63,981 nucleotides of DNA, filler included, from 6 parts of 6 records of this genome joined end to end with filler, not necessarily neighbours in it, one strand, 5' to 3'; positions 48,970 through 59,593 are shown, counted from the first letter of the whole stretch. Numbers and translations are program-made. The notes: generated by a model not told the origin, from the letters alone.

Positions 48970-50163
48970 GTGCACCGATTCGACTCCATCTCCGTTGCCC
49001 CGCCCGACGCCATTTTGGGACTGACCGAAGCGTTCAAAGCCGATGAACGCGAGACCAAAATGAATTTGTCCGTGGGCGTGTACCAAGACGCTTCCGGCAC
49101 CACCCCCGTGCTTCGCTGCGTCAAAGAAGCCGAAAAACGGCTGTTGGATACAGAATCGACCAAGGGATACCTCTCGATCGACGGCCTGCCGGACTACCGC
49201 GAAGCCGCCCGCCGATTGATCTTCTCCGACCAAATCGCTGCCGAGCGAGTGGCAGCGGTTCAGACGCCGGGCGGAACCGGAGCCCTCCGTGTGGCGGCAG
49301 AATTCCTGGCCACTCAGTGCGGACCGCTACGAATTTTCTTGCCCACGCCAACCTGGGCCAACCACAACGCGATCATGGCCGCGGCCGGACTGCCGGTGGA
49401 AACGTATTCCTACCTAGCGTCTGACAAAAAGACGCTGGACTTCGACGCACTCATCGAAGACCTGAAGACCAAACCCAAGGCCGGCGATGCGGTTCTGTTG
49501 CATGCGTGCTGCCACAACCCAACCGGAGTCGACCCAACACCGGAACAGTGGGAACAAATCGCGAGCGTGGTCTCGGAAAAGAAACTGATCCCATTGCTGG
49601 ACTTTGCCTACCAAGGGTTCGGCGAAGGTCTGGACGAAGACGCCATCGGTGTGCGCACGATTCTGCGACAGATGGATGAAGCCATCGTCTGCTCGTCATT
49701 CAGCAAAAACTTTGGCCTGTACAGCGAACGAGTCGGAACGGCGTGCTTGGTGTCCGGGTCAGCCGAAACGACCAAAGCCGCTCTCAGCCAACTCAAACGA
49801 GTCGTCCGAGCCAACTACAGCAACCCACCTCGGCACGGTGGCGCGATCGTGGCCACCGTGTTGGCCGATGAGGGACTGACCCAAATGTGGCACGAAGAGC
49901 TCGCCGAAATGCGAACTCGGATCGCCTCCCTACGAAAACAATTCGTTGATGGAATGGCCGCGACGGGAGTCGACCAAGACTTCTCGTTCTTGCTGGACCA
50001 AAAAGGCATGTTCTCTTTCAGTGGTTTGTCACCGATGCAGGTCGACCAACTGCGAAGCGAACATGGCGTGTATCTGGTCGGCAGCGGTCGAATCAACGTC
50101 GCCGGAATGAACGAATCGAAGATGGAATGGTTGTGCAATGTCGTGGCGGCGGTATTGCGATAG
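48970..50163 (+). CDS. aspC: Aspartate/aromatic amino acid aminotransferase (class I, AspC/TyrB)
   Basis: QTPGGTGAL, LHACCHNPTG.D, DFAYQGF, SFSKNFGLYSER, GRINVAG. Confidence 0.92.
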   Translation: MHRFDSISVAPPDAILGLTEAFKADERETKMNLSVGVYQDASGTTPVLRCVKEAEKRLLDTESTKGYLSIDGLPDYREAARRLIFSDQIAAERVAAVQTPGGTGALRVAAEFLATQCGPLRIFLPTPTWANHNAIMAAAGLPVETYSYLASDKKTLDFDALIEDLKTKPKAGDAVLLHACCHNPTGVDPTPEQWEQIASVVSEKKLIPLLDFAYQGFGEGLDEDAIGVRTILRQMDEAIVCSSFSKNFGLYSERVGTACLVSGSAETTKAALSQLKRVVRANYSNPPRHGGAIVATVLADEGLTQMWHEELAEMRTRIASLRKQFVDGMAATGVDQDFSFLLDQKGMFSFSGLSPMQVDQLRSEHGVYLVGSGRINVAGMNESKMEWLCNVVAAVLR

Positions 50164-50307
50164 AACAGCGGATGCTTGTTCAATAGGTCATCCTTCAGTC
50201 AGCCCGGCACGCGCCGGATGCTCTGCTGATGGATGACCACCACCGGAATTGATTGCAGACGGAACATGATGCGGACGCCCTGTTTCCCTCCTTCCTGATA
50301 TGCCGCC

Positions 50308-52275
50308 ATGCCTTTGGAACTTCGTCGAGCGTTTTTGATCCTGGCCGCCATCGTGGTGATGGTGTCCCTGATCTGGGCGTCTCGATTTGATGAGATGCCG
50401 CCAGCAGAATTCAGCTTTCAGAATGGCACCGACCCCAAAACGCTCGATCCACACCGAGCGACCGGCCAACCCGAGAGCCGGATTCTGTTCAACATCTTCA
50501 CCGGGTTGCTGGAAGAGTTGCCCGAAGGCGACCCCGATCCGGAAACCGGCGTCCAGCCAATGACACCTCAACCGGGCATCGCGAAGTCTTACGAAGTCTC
50601 GCCCGACAACATGACCTACACGTTCCATCTGCGGGACGATGTCACCTGGAGCGACGGGGTGCCAATCACCTCCGCCGATTTTGTCTGGTCATGGACGCGA
50701 ATGCTGCATCCAGAAACCGCCTGCGAATACAACTTTCAGCTCTTTGGCGTTCAAAACGCCGAGGCCTACGCAACGGGCGAAGTCAAACCGGGCGACAAAG
50801 TCGAAGTTGAACTGTGGGACCGTCCGGGTGAGACAATCGACAGCGAACCGGCACCTCAGACTTTCCCGCGTGGCACGATCGTTCACGGAACGCTGAAGGC
50901 GTTGGACAAACCGCCCAAGCCCAATGTCCCCGAAGACGCAACGAAGGAAGAGAAGTCCAAAATCACCGCGGACTGGGAAGCCGAATGGCTTTATACAGTC
51001 GATCTGGCTCGCAAGGACGGAGACAAAATCCTTTGGGACGACGTCACCGAAACGGTCACCTACACAAAGAATCTTCAAACGCCTCTGGCCAAAGAAGACA
51101 CGCAGCGGACTCATTATGTTTTGGTCGCCTTCGATCAACTCGGTGGTGTCGAGGCTCCCGACGATTACACGTTGATTGTCCACCTTCGCGACCCGCTTCC
51201 GTACTTTCCTTACTTAGCATCCTACTACCCATTGTTCCCGGTGCCGCGTCACTGCATCGAAGAGCATGGCAAACCGATGTGGACGCGGCCCGAGAACATC
51301 GTCACGTGTGGCCCCTACAAGATTGGCTTGCGAAAACTGCGCGATCGAGTCCGCTTGGTCAAAGATGAGAAATGGTACGACGCCGACTCCGTGCAAGTCG
51401 AAACGATCGACGCTCTTTCGGTTGAAAGCCACAACACGGCGCTCAACATGTACGAAACCGGCGAACTGGATTGGGTCACCGATCCGCCGGTTACCTTGAT
51501 GGAAGAACTCGTCAAACGAGACGATTATCACGGCGCACCTTATTTGTCGGTGTACTACTACGAACTGAACACCAAACGCCCGCCGCTCGACGATGTGCGA
51601 GTTCGCAAAGCACTCTCGATGGCGATCAACCGCGAACAGATCGTTCGTGAAGTCACCAAAGCTGGACAACAGCCCGCATTCGCGTTGGTACCACCCGGGA
51701 TCGCTGGCTACACCCAAGTCAAAGGTGATCCAGGATCACTTGAAAAGGCAAAGGAACTGCTTACCGAAGCGGGCTACCCCGGCGGTCGTGGGTTTCCCAA
51801 GTTCACGATTCTTTACAACACCAGCGAAAGTCATCGGGCAGTCGCCGAAGTCATCCAGCAACAGTGGCAGAACAACCTGAACGTCAAAGCGGATCTGCAA
51901 AACATGGAATGGGGCAGTTTCCTCGACAAACGTCAGCAACAGAAGTACGACATTTCGCGAGCCGCTTGGAACGCTGACTACCCCGACCCGAATACGTTCC
52001 TGGATCTCTTTCTCAGCGAAAGCCCTCAGAACAACACGGCTTGGGACAACCCTCGCTACGACGAGTTGCTCTCGGAAGCGGCGTCCGAATCGGACAAAGT
52101 CAAACGAATGGAATTGCTGGCCGAAGCTGAAGCAATCTGGGCCGATGAGTTGCCCGCGATCCCAATCTACTACTACGTCGGACGCAATATTTACAAACCC
52201 TACGTCAAGGGTTTGTTTCCGACACCGCAAGACACGCACCCGTTTCAAACGATTCGATTGGAACCCACGCCATGA
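50308..52275 (+). CDS. oppA: Oligopeptide ABC transporter substrate-binding protein
   Basis: PKTLDP, YTFHLR..WSDG.PITS.DF, DVRVRKALSMAINR, W.ADYPDP.TFL. Confidence 0.9.
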   Translation: MPLELRRAFLILAAIVVMVSLIWASRFDEMPPAEFSFQNGTDPKTLDPHRATGQPESRILFNIFTGLLEELPEGDPDPETGVQPMTPQPGIAKSYEVSPDNMTYTFHLRDDVTWSDGVPITSADFVWSWTRMLHPETACEYNFQLFGVQNAEAYATGEVKPGDKVEVELWDRPGETIDSEPAPQTFPRGTIVHGTLKALDKPPKPNVPEDATKEEKSKITADWEAEWLYTVDLARKDGDKILWDDVTETVTYTKNLQTPLAKEDTQRTHYVLVAFDQLGGVEAPDDYTLIVHLRDPLPYFPYLASYYPLFPVPRHCIEEHGKPMWTRPENIVTCGPYKIGLRKLRDRVRLVKDEKWYDADSVQVETIDALSVESHNTALNMYETGELDWVTDPPVTLMEELVKRDDYHGAPYLSVYYYELNTKRPPLDDVRVRKALSMAINREQIVREVTKAGQQPAFALVPPGIAGYTQVKGDPGSLEKAKELLTEAGYPGGRGFPKFTILYNTSESHRAVAEVIQQQWQNNLNVKADLQNMEWGSFLDKRQQQKYDISRAAWNADYPDPNTFLDLFLSESPQNNTAWDNPRYDELLSEAASESDKVKRMELLAEAEAIWADELPAIPIYYYVGRNIYKPYVKGLFPTPQDTHPFQTIRLEPTP

Positions 52276-53201
52276 AAGACTTGCTCGGATTCCTCATCCG
52301 ACGCCTCGGCTGGATGGCCATCACGCTGTGGGCGGTTTACACCGTTTCGTTTGTGCTGATGCGAGCCGCGCCGGGCAGCCCCTTCAGCGCCGAACGCGCG
52401 ATGCCTCCCGCGATCGAGCAACAGATGCGAGCTCGGTACAACCTCGATGCACCACCACTGCAACAATACTGGGATTACATGTGGGGCATCCTCAGCCGAG
52501 GTGACCTCAGCTGGTCAATCAAGCTGGAAGACTACAGCGTCAATCAAGTCATCGCGGAAGGGTTCCCGGTCTCCGCATCGCTGGCCATCTTTGCCTTGGT
52601 CTTTGCAATCATTCTGGGTGTCTCGGCGGGAGTCATCTCGGCCGTATATCGAGGCACCGTGGCCGATGTTGCGATGATGGCAACGGCGGTTCTTGGCATC
52701 GCGATTCCTAACTTTGTCCTGGCATCGATCGCCATTCTTTTGTTTGTGTTCTTGATCCCACTGTTCCCTGCGGCGGGTTGGGGAACGCTTCGACAAGTTG
52801 CTTTGCCGGCGTTGTGCTTGGGACTTCCCGTTGCGGCTTACATCGCTCGACTGACCCGAGCTGGGATGCTGGAATCGCTCAGCCGCGAACATGTTCGAAC
52901 CGCGTTTGCCAAGGGACTGCCCAAACGCACCGTGATCATCAAACACGTATTGCCCGGTGCGCTGCTTCCCGTTGTCAGTTATCTCGGCCCGGCCACGGCA
53001 GGTGTCCTAACCGGGTCATTGGTCCTCGAAAAAATCTTTGCGTTACCCGGCATGGGCAGCCACTTCATCTATGCCGCGACCCAGCGTGACACGACGCTGG
53101 CAACGGGCATGGTCCTGACCTACACCGTGCTGCTGTTTGTGATGAACACCATCGTTGACTTGGCCTACGCTGTCATTGACCCGCGAGTCGAACTGGAATG
53201 A
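52272..53201 (+). CDS. oppB: Oligopeptide ABC transporter permease
   Basis: APGSPF, ARLTRAGMLE..HVRTAFAKGL (EAA-type loop), EKIFALPGMG, IDPR. Confidence 0.92.
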   Translation: MKDLLGFLIRRLGWMAITLWAVYTVSFVLMRAAPGSPFSAERAMPPAIEQQMRARYNLDAPPLQQYWDYMWGILSRGDLSWSIKLEDYSVNQVIAEGFPVSASLAIFALVFAIILGVSAGVISAVYRGTVADVAMMATAVLGIAIPNFVLASIAILLFVFLIPLFPAAGWGTLRQVALPALCLGLPVAAYIARLTRAGMLESLSREHVRTAFAKGLPKRTVIIKHVLPGALLPVVSYLGPATAGVLTGSLVLEKIFALPGMGSHFIYAATQRDTTLATGMVLTYTVLLFVMNTIVDLAYAVIDPRVELE

Positions 53202-54433
53202 ACCTTCCCGATTCACGCAAAAACGAAGAAGCGCTCACGAAGTTGCTGGAGGAATCCCGCAAAATTCGCGGCGTCTCGCTTTGGAAAGATGCATGGCGTC
53301 GATTGAGTCGCAATCGTCCCGCCATGGCTTCGCTGGTTTTCTTGATCAGCCTTGGCTTGATTGCCTTTCTCACGCCGATGCTGCCGCTGCAAAGCCCGCT
53401 CGACAAAGACCTCAACAACCGACGTTTTCTATCGCCATCGTTTGAACCGATCACGATGGGTTCCCGCGACGGATTGAAATTTGCGGACGGGAAATTGACC
53501 AGCCAACTGGCTCTCTTTGAAGCCGAGATCGCGGCGGAGACCGCGGAGGCCTTGGCAACCCAAGATCCGCTCAAACAGGCCGAGCAATTCAAGTCGATCC
53601 AAGACCGAATCCGAGTCGAGCATCCGTTCAATCAACTTTGGAACCAACTCGGCAGCGTCTCGTTCAAGATGGTTCAAATTCGCGTCGCGATCTTTGGCGA
53701 CTACGCGATCCCTTCGATCTTCGGAACGGACAAACTCGGTCGCGACTTGCTCGCACGAGTCTTCTGGGGCGCGCGTGTTTCCTTGGTCGTCGGCTTGGTG
53801 GCGACGTTGGTGAGCTTGATGATCGGGGTCAGCTATGGCGCAATCGCCGGCTACTTTGGTGGCTGGATCGACGCGGCCATGATGCGGATCGTCGACATGC
53901 TTTACTCGATTCCATTCATCTTCGTCGTCATCTACTTGGTCACGTTCCTGGGCGAAGAGAGCGTGAAGGCTTGGCTGGAAAGCTATGGCATCGACCAAAT
54001 CATGATCTTTTACATCATCATCGGTGCGATCTATTGGCTGACCATGTCACGCGTCGTTCGTGGACAAGTTCTCTCGCTTCGACAAGAACAATTTGTCGAG
54101 TCAGCTCGCACGATTGGTGCATCGCCAATGCGAATCGTGTTTCGACACTTGGTGCCCAACGTGCTCGGTATTGTCATCGTCTATCTGACCTTGACCATCC
54201 CCGCGGTGATGCTGTTCGAAGCCTTCCTCTCGTTCCTGGGTTTGGGAGTCGCTCCACCAGATGTGTCGTGGGGTCTGCTGCTCAACGACGGCGTGGAAGC
54301 ACTCTCCAGCGTCAAACTTTTCTGGTGGGTGGTGATTTTCCCTGGTGCCGCATTGGCCACGACGTTGTTTGCTTTGAACTTCCTCGGCGACGGTTTGCGT
54401 GACGCATTGGATCCAAAGATGAAAAACCGATGA
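53198..54433 (+). CDS. oppC: Oligopeptide ABC transporter permease
   Basis: AWRRL.RN, FGTDKLGRD, RVVRGQVLSLR, EAFLSFLGLG, GDGLRDALDPK. Confidence 0.92.
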   Translation: MNLPDSRKNEEALTKLLEESRKIRGVSLWKDAWRRLSRNRPAMASLVFLISLGLIAFLTPMLPLQSPLDKDLNNRRFLSPSFEPITMGSRDGLKFADGKLTSQLALFEAEIAAETAEALATQDPLKQAEQFKSIQDRIRVEHPFNQLWNQLGSVSFKMVQIRVAIFGDYAIPSIFGTDKLGRDLLARVFWGARVSLVVGLVATLVSLMIGVSYGAIAGYFGGWIDAAMMRIVDMLYSIPFIFVVIYLVTFLGEESVKAWLESYGIDQIMIFYIIIGAIYWLTMSRVVRGQVLSLRQEQFVESARTIGASPMRIVFRHLVPNVLGIVIVYLTLTIPAVMLFEAFLSFLGLGVAPPDVSWGLLLNDGVEALSSVKLFWWVVIFPGAALATTLFALNFLGDGLRDALDPKMKNR

Positions 54434-55515
54434 ACCCAGCCCCCGGATCACAAGCTCACCCCTCAATGACCGCATCGAAAGACGCAGGCGACGCCCCTCG
54501 CCAGAGCAGCGAACCGCTCCTCCAAGTTTCAAATCTCAAGGTCAGCTTCAAAACCGATGAGGGGCAGGTCCAAGCCGTCCGCGGTATATCTTTTGATGTC
54601 CGGGAAGGAGAAACTGTTGCCATCGTTGGAGAATCTGGCAGTGGAAAGAGCGTCACCAACTTGGCGATGATGGGACTGATCCCACAACCGCCGGGCCAAG
54701 TCGATTCCGGAACGGCGCTGTTCCAAGGTCGCGATCTTCTGAAGATGAGTGACCGTGAACTACAAAGCATTCGCGGTCGACACGTCTCGATGATTTTTCA
54801 AGATCCGATGACAGCGTTGAATCCTTTGATGACCATCGAGCAGCAAATGACCGAAATGACTCGGTTGCACTTGAGCCTCACGAAGAAAGAAGCGGCCGCT
54901 CGCGCGGTGGACATGTTGGGTTTGGTTGGCATCACATCTCCAGAAAAACGTCTTCGCGATTACCCACACCAATTCAGTGGCGGGATGCGTCAACGCGTGA
55001 TGATCGCGATGGCGCTGTCCTGCGAACCGGAACTTCTTATTGCTGATGAACCGACGACCGCACTCGATGTGACCATCCAAGCCCAGATCATGGACTTGCT
55101 CGCCGATCTACAAGAACGCAAAGGCACCGCAATTGTCCTGATCACACACGACTTGGGTGTCGTCGCTGGCGTCGCGGATCGCGTGATGGTGATGTACGCC
55201 GGACGCATCGTCGAAAAGGCGAACGTCAACGACTTGTTTGCCTCACCCAAACACCCTTACACGCTTGGCTTGCTCGGTTCGCTGCCACGGTTCGACACCG
55301 ATCGCCATGAAAAGTTGCTCGCGATCCCCGGCGGTCCGCCCGACATGTCCGAACCGATTCTTGGTTGCTCGTTTTCTCCCCGATGCAACTTTGTGCAACC
55401 AGTCTGCCAGCGTGAAGATCCATCGCTTCAGCTGAAAGCAGAACCAACCGGTGCCGCGAACTTGCCCGTTGTGCAACCTCACCTCGCGGCGTGCCATGTG
55501 GAGGTCCCTTCATGA
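54430..55515 (+). CDS. oppD: Oligopeptide ABC transporter ATP-binding protein
   Basis: GESGSGKS, YPHQFSGGMRQR, DEPTTALDVT, HPYT, C-terminal Cys cluster. Confidence 0.93.
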   Translation: MNPAPGSQAHPSMTASKDAGDAPRQSSEPLLQVSNLKVSFKTDEGQVQAVRGISFDVREGETVAIVGESGSGKSVTNLAMMGLIPQPPGQVDSGTALFQGRDLLKMSDRELQSIRGRHVSMIFQDPMTALNPLMTIEQQMTEMTRLHLSLTKKEAAARAVDMLGLVGITSPEKRLRDYPHQFSGGMRQRVMIAMALSCEPELLIADEPTTALDVTIQAQIMDLLADLQERKGTAIVLITHDLGVVAGVADRVMVMYAGRIVEKANVNDLFASPKHPYTLGLLGSLPRFDTDRHEKLLAIPGGPPDMSEPILGCSFSPRCNFVQPVCQREDPSLQLKAEPTGAANLPVVQPHLAACHVEVPS

Positions 55516-56552
55516 ATGCGGCCAAAACCACCCACATTGAGACCGAAGGATCCGGCAGCACGACCGCGGAACCACCGTTGTTGCAGGTCAAAGATCTGAA
55601 GGTTCATTTTCCCTTTCGACGCGGGTCGTTGTTCAATCCTGAACAAGGTTTGATCCGAGCGGTCGATGGCGTGTCGTTTGACATCGCAAAAGGCGAAACA
55701 CTTGGCTTGGTCGGGGAATCCGGCTGCGGTAAATCGACCACGGCCCGGGCGATCATCAATCTGGTTCATCCAACATCGGGTGACGTTCTAGTCGATGGCA
55801 AATCGATCGCCGGACTGTCCGATAAAGAGATGCTGCCATACCGACGTCGCGTGCAGATGGTTTTCCAAGACCCCTTCGCAAGCCTGAATCCACGGATGAC
55901 TGTCGGCGGCATCATCGGCGAACCATTGACGGTTCACAAACTCGCCTCCGGCAAAGATCGCCAACTCGAAGTCCTGCGGTTGATGGAATTGGTGGGACTG
56001 AACCCTCGGTTCCTGAATCGCTACCCACACGAATTCAGCGGCGGCCAACGCCAACGCATCGGTATCGCTCGCGCCCTCGCGGTACAACCGGACCTGATCC
56101 TTTGCGACGAACCCGTGTCCGCCCTCGACGTCTCGATCCAAGCTCAGATCATCAACCTGATGATGGATCTGCAGCAAAGACTCGGCGTGGCTTACTTGTT
56201 CATCGCCCACGACTTGGCCGTCGTTCGCCATATCGCAACGCGAGTCGGGGTGATGTACCTCGGCCGAATCGCAGAACTTGGCACGGCAGAGGAACTTTAC
56301 GCGGACCCCAAACACCCCTACACCGAGGCTCTGCTGTCCGCTGTTCCGGTGCCCGATCCAACCATTGCCGCGAATCGCCGACGAATCGTGCTGCAAGGCG
56401 AAGTACCGTCGCCGGACAAGCACTACCCCGGTTGCTCGTTCGCCGACCGTTGCCCAATCGTGGCGGAGCGATGCCGGACCGATCGCCCTGGATTGCCGGA
56501 CCGATCGCACGCTGCGGCATGTTGGGAGCGTGATGATCCGCCAGAAGTTTGA
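55512..56552 (+). CDS. oppF: Oligopeptide ABC transporter ATP-binding protein
   Basis: GESGCGKST, YPHEFSGGQRQR, DEPVSALDVS; ATG 55512 overlaps the oppD stop (ATGA). Confidence 0.93.
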   Translation: MNAAKTTHIETEGSGSTTAEPPLLQVKDLKVHFPFRRGSLFNPEQGLIRAVDGVSFDIAKGETLGLVGESGCGKSTTARAIINLVHPTSGDVLVDGKSIAGLSDKEMLPYRRRVQMVFQDPFASLNPRMTVGGIIGEPLTVHKLASGKDRQLEVLRLMELVGLNPRFLNRYPHEFSGGQRQRIGIARALAVQPDLILCDEPVSALDVSIQAQIINLMMDLQQRLGVAYLFIAHDLAVVRHIATRVGVMYLGRIAELGTAEELYADPKHPYTEALLSAVPVPDPTIAANRRRIVLQGEVPSPDKHYPGCSFADRCPIVAERCRTDRPGLPDRSHAAACWERDDPPEV

Positions 56553-56608
56553 TAAGCTGCGGGATTGATTGAACTCGTCCGCCGTTTCGTCTTTTTGCCA
56601 CCTTCATC

Positions 56609-57214
56609 ATGCCGTTGTCGATCATTCATTTCCCGCATCCGACACTCCGACACGTCAGTCGCCCCATCGTGCGAGTGGATGCCAAGCTGAAATCGATGGC
56701 CGACGAAATGCTCGACCTCATGTACGAGTTCGACGGCGTGGGATTGGCCGCCAACCAAGTCGACCTGCCGATTCGCATGTTCGTGGCTAACCCGACCGGA
56801 AAACGCGACGAGGGCGAATCGTGGGTCATTCTAAACCCTGAAATCGACCGCCCCAAAGGCAATGACACCGCCCAAGAAGGCTGCCTGAGCGTGCCCGGTT
56901 TGTACGGTCAAGTCAAACGCCCAAAGACCGTTCGATTGCGTGGGTTCGATTTGCAAGGCAACGAGATCAACCAAGTCCTCGATGGATTCATGGCACGTGT
57001 TGTCCAGCACGAAGTCGATCACCTCGACGGCATCATGTTCTTTGACCGCATCGGCGAAGAAGGCCTTCGCGACTTGGAAGGGCACCTGGAAGAATTCAAA
57101 ACCGATTACGAATCCAAACAAGGCACCGGCTCGATCGCCGACGAAGCCACCCTGGCGCAGCAACGAGCCGAATGGGAAGCCATGTACACCGGTGGAACCA
57201 CGTCGAATGGCTGA
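56609..57214 (+). CDS. def: Peptide deformylase
   Basis: GVGLAANQV, EGCLS, QHEVDHLDG. Confidence 0.97.
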   Translation: MPLSIIHFPHPTLRHVSRPIVRVDAKLKSMADEMLDLMYEFDGVGLAANQVDLPIRMFVANPTGKRDEGESWVILNPEIDRPKGNDTAQEGCLSVPGLYGQVKRPKTVRLRGFDLQGNEINQVLDGFMARVVQHEVDHLDGIMFFDRIGEEGLRDLEGHLEEFKTDYESKQGTGSIADEATLAQQRAEWEAMYTGGTTSNG

Positions 57215-58199
57215 TTCCCTGCGATACGTCTTGATGGGCACCGGTCCATTTGCCGTGCCATCGTTCGAAGCGATCCGGCAACAAATGGATTCGACCGGCG
57301 ATCAAATCGCTCGCGTGTTCGTGCGTCCTTTGCCGCCCGTCAAAAGCCGCGGCGGGCCGCCACCTCAACCCGTTCGCGAGTGGGCCGAATCGCACGACCT
57401 TCCGGTGGATGCTCCCGCCAGCATCAATGATCCCGAGACCATCGCGAGCCTTACCGCGCTGAATGCGGACCTGTTGGTCGTTTGCGACTACGGTCAAATC
57501 CTCAAACCCGATGCCCTTCAATCAGCACGCTTGGGCGGGATCAACTTGCATGGCTCTTTGCTTCCCGCCTACCGCGGCGCCGCACCTGTCCAACGCGCGC
57601 TTCTGTCTGGTGATCGCGAGACGGGCGTGTCCGTCATCCACATGACCCCGCGGCTCGACGGCGGTCCAATCGTGGCCTCGCGCATCACTCCCATCCGCGA
57701 CGACGAAACTTCGGGAGAATTGGAAGTTCGATTGTCAGAGATCGGAGTCGACGCCACGCTGGAAGCCATTGAACTGCTGCGAACAATTCAGTCACTCGAT
57801 TCGCATGGCCCTCTGGGTGAACCGCAAGATCCTGCCAAGGTTTCCAAGGCTCCGCGACTATCAAAAGCCGAGGCTCAGATTGACTGGTCAGCAACGGGCC
57901 GCGAAATCGATTGCCTGGTCCGAGGCATGCAGCCATGGCCGGTCGCGTTCACACACACAGTTGTGAACGAAAACAAACCGCCGCTCCGTGTCGCGATACG
58001 CGGTGTCCGCACGGAAACCTACGCCGCCGACGCGAGCAACATCGGCCGAGTGATGGAGCACGAGGGGTTGGCCATCGGATGTGGTGACGGACAAGTCGTC
58101 ATCGAACGACTGCAACCCGCTGGCAAGAAAGAGATGTCCGGGCTCGATTTCAAACGCGGCCACCGACTGACCGCCGGCCAACAACTCATCGCCCCGTAG
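57207..58199 (+). CDS. fmt: Methionyl-tRNA formyltransferase
   Basis: MGTGPFA, YGQIL, NLHGSLLPAYRGAAP, LQPAGKKEM; start reset to ATG 57207 overlapping def. Confidence 0.95.
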   Translation: MADSLRYVLMGTGPFAVPSFEAIRQQMDSTGDQIARVFVRPLPPVKSRGGPPPQPVREWAESHDLPVDAPASINDPETIASLTALNADLLVVCDYGQILKPDALQSARLGGINLHGSLLPAYRGAAPVQRALLSGDRETGVSVIHMTPRLDGGPIVASRITPIRDDETSGELEVRLSEIGVDATLEAIELLRTIQSLDSHGPLGEPQDPAKVSKAPRLSKAEAQIDWSATGREIDCLVRGMQPWPVAFTHTVVNENKPPLRVAIRGVRTETYAADASNIGRVMEHEGLAIGCGDGQVVIERLQPAGKKEMSGLDFKRGHRLTAGQQLIAP

Positions 58200-58217
58200 G
58201 CCATGTTGCACATGGCA

Positions 58218-58317
58218 NNNNNNNNNNNNNNNNNNNNNNNNNNNNNNNNNNNNNNNNNNNNTTAATTAATTAANNNNNNNNNNNNNNNNNNNNNNNNNNN
58301 NNNNNNNNNNNNNNNNN
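58218..58317. other. Artificial contig linker
   Basis: N run with TTAATTAATTAA. Confidence 0.97.
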
Positions 58318-58318
58318 A

Positions 58319-58939
58319 ACCGCAGAAATGCCCGGCATGTATGAAGGTGAAGACTACGATCTGGCTGGCTTCTGTGTTGGCGTTGTGGAGAAGTCCGGCA
58401 TTATTGACGGCAGCTCTGTTCGCATCGGCGATGCACTGGTTGGCGTCGGCTCCTCTGGCCCTCACTCCAACGGCTATTCGCTGATTCGCAAAATCATCGA
58501 CCACAGTGGTCAAGCGCTCGACAGCGAGTTTGGCGACAGCACACTGGGTGAAACCCTGCTCGCGCCCACGCGCATCTACGTGAAGCCGGTACTGAATATC
58601 ATCAAACAGTTCCAGGTTAATGCACTCGCCCACATTACTGGCGGTGGCTTACTGGAGAACATCCCTCGCGTACTGCCGCGCAACACCCGCGCAGTTATCG
58701 ACAGCGACAGCTGGCAGCGCCCCGCCATCTTCGACTGGCTGCAAGAGCAAGGCAATGTCGAAGCACGCGAAATGTACCGCACCTTCAACTGTGGTATCGG
58801 CATGGTCATGGCCGTATCAGCAGAGCAAGCCGATAGCATTGTCGACATGCTTCACCAGCACGGTGAGACAGCCATGGTCATTGGCCGCATTGAGGCCGGC
58901 GATGACGACGCAGACCGAGTGGTTATCAGCGACCTGTAA
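58319..58939 (+). CDS. purM: Phosphoribosylformylglycinamidine cyclo-ligase, 5'-truncated
   Basis: [42 protein letters not shown]. Confidence 0.96.
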   Translation, partial: TAEMPGMYEGEDYDLAGFCVGVVEKSGIIDGSSVRIGDALVGVGSSGPHSNGYSLIRKIIDHSGQALDSEFGDSTLGETLLAPTRIYVKPVLNIIKQFQVNALAHITGGGLLENIPRVLPRNTRAVIDSDSWQRPAIFDWLQEQGNVEAREMYRTFNCGIGMVMAVSAEQADSIVDMLHQHGETAMVIGRIEAGDDDADRVVISDL

Positions 58940-59593
58940 ATGATGGGCTGTCGTATAGTAGTTCTGATCTCCGGTGGCGGCTCGAACCTGCAGTCCATTA
59001 TTGATGCCGCCCAAGCGCAGCAGCTGGGCGGTGGCGACGTCGTCGCCGTTATCAGCAACAAGGCTGACGCTGGCGGCCTGCAGCGGGCCGAACGCGCCGG
59101 AATAGCCACGAACTGCTTGCCACACACCGACTTCAGCAGCCGCGAGGCGTTTGATGCCGCCCTGCAGGAAACCATCGACCAACACCGGCCCGACCTCGTG
59201 ATCCTCGCTGGTTTTATGCGCATTCTCACAGGCGGCTTCGTGCGCCACTACCTGGGGCGCCTGCTGAATATTCACCCCTCACTGCTGCCGAAGTACCCCG
59301 GCCTCAACACCCACCAGCGCGCGCTGGATGCCGGTGACCGCGAAGCCGGCGCCACGGTGCACTTTGTTACCGAAGAGCTGGATGGCGGCCCGGCGATAAT
59401 TCAGGCAAAAATACCGATAAACGCTGGCGATGATGCTGCAACTCTTGCCAACAAGGTCTTGTCCAAAGAGCATCAAATTTATCCTTTGGCGGCTCGCTGG
59501 TTTGCCGAAGGGCGATTGTCTCTCGTGGCTTCAAAGGCGGTACTCGATGAACAGGAACTTCCTCAGCACGGCGTTATCTTTAACGAGCATTAA
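58940..59593 (+). CDS. purN: Phosphoribosylglycinamide formyltransferase
   Basis: LISGGGSNLQ, LAGFMRIL, NIHPSLLP, LDGGP. Confidence 0.96.
   Translation: MMGCRIVVLISGGGSNLQSIIDAAQAQQLGGGDVVAVISNKADAGGLQRAERAGIATNCLPHTDFSSREAFDAALQETIDQHRPDLVILAGFMRILTGGFVRHYLGRLLNIHPSLLPKYPGLNTHQRALDAGDREAGATVHFVTEELDGGPAIIQAKIPINAGDDAATLANKVLSKEHQIYPLAARWFAEGRLSLVASKAVLDEQELPQHGVIFNEH

Noticed and set aside
56940-57206. Long N-terminal extension of fmt in the ORF track
   Set aside because: Overlaps def in another frame; the real start is ATG 57207
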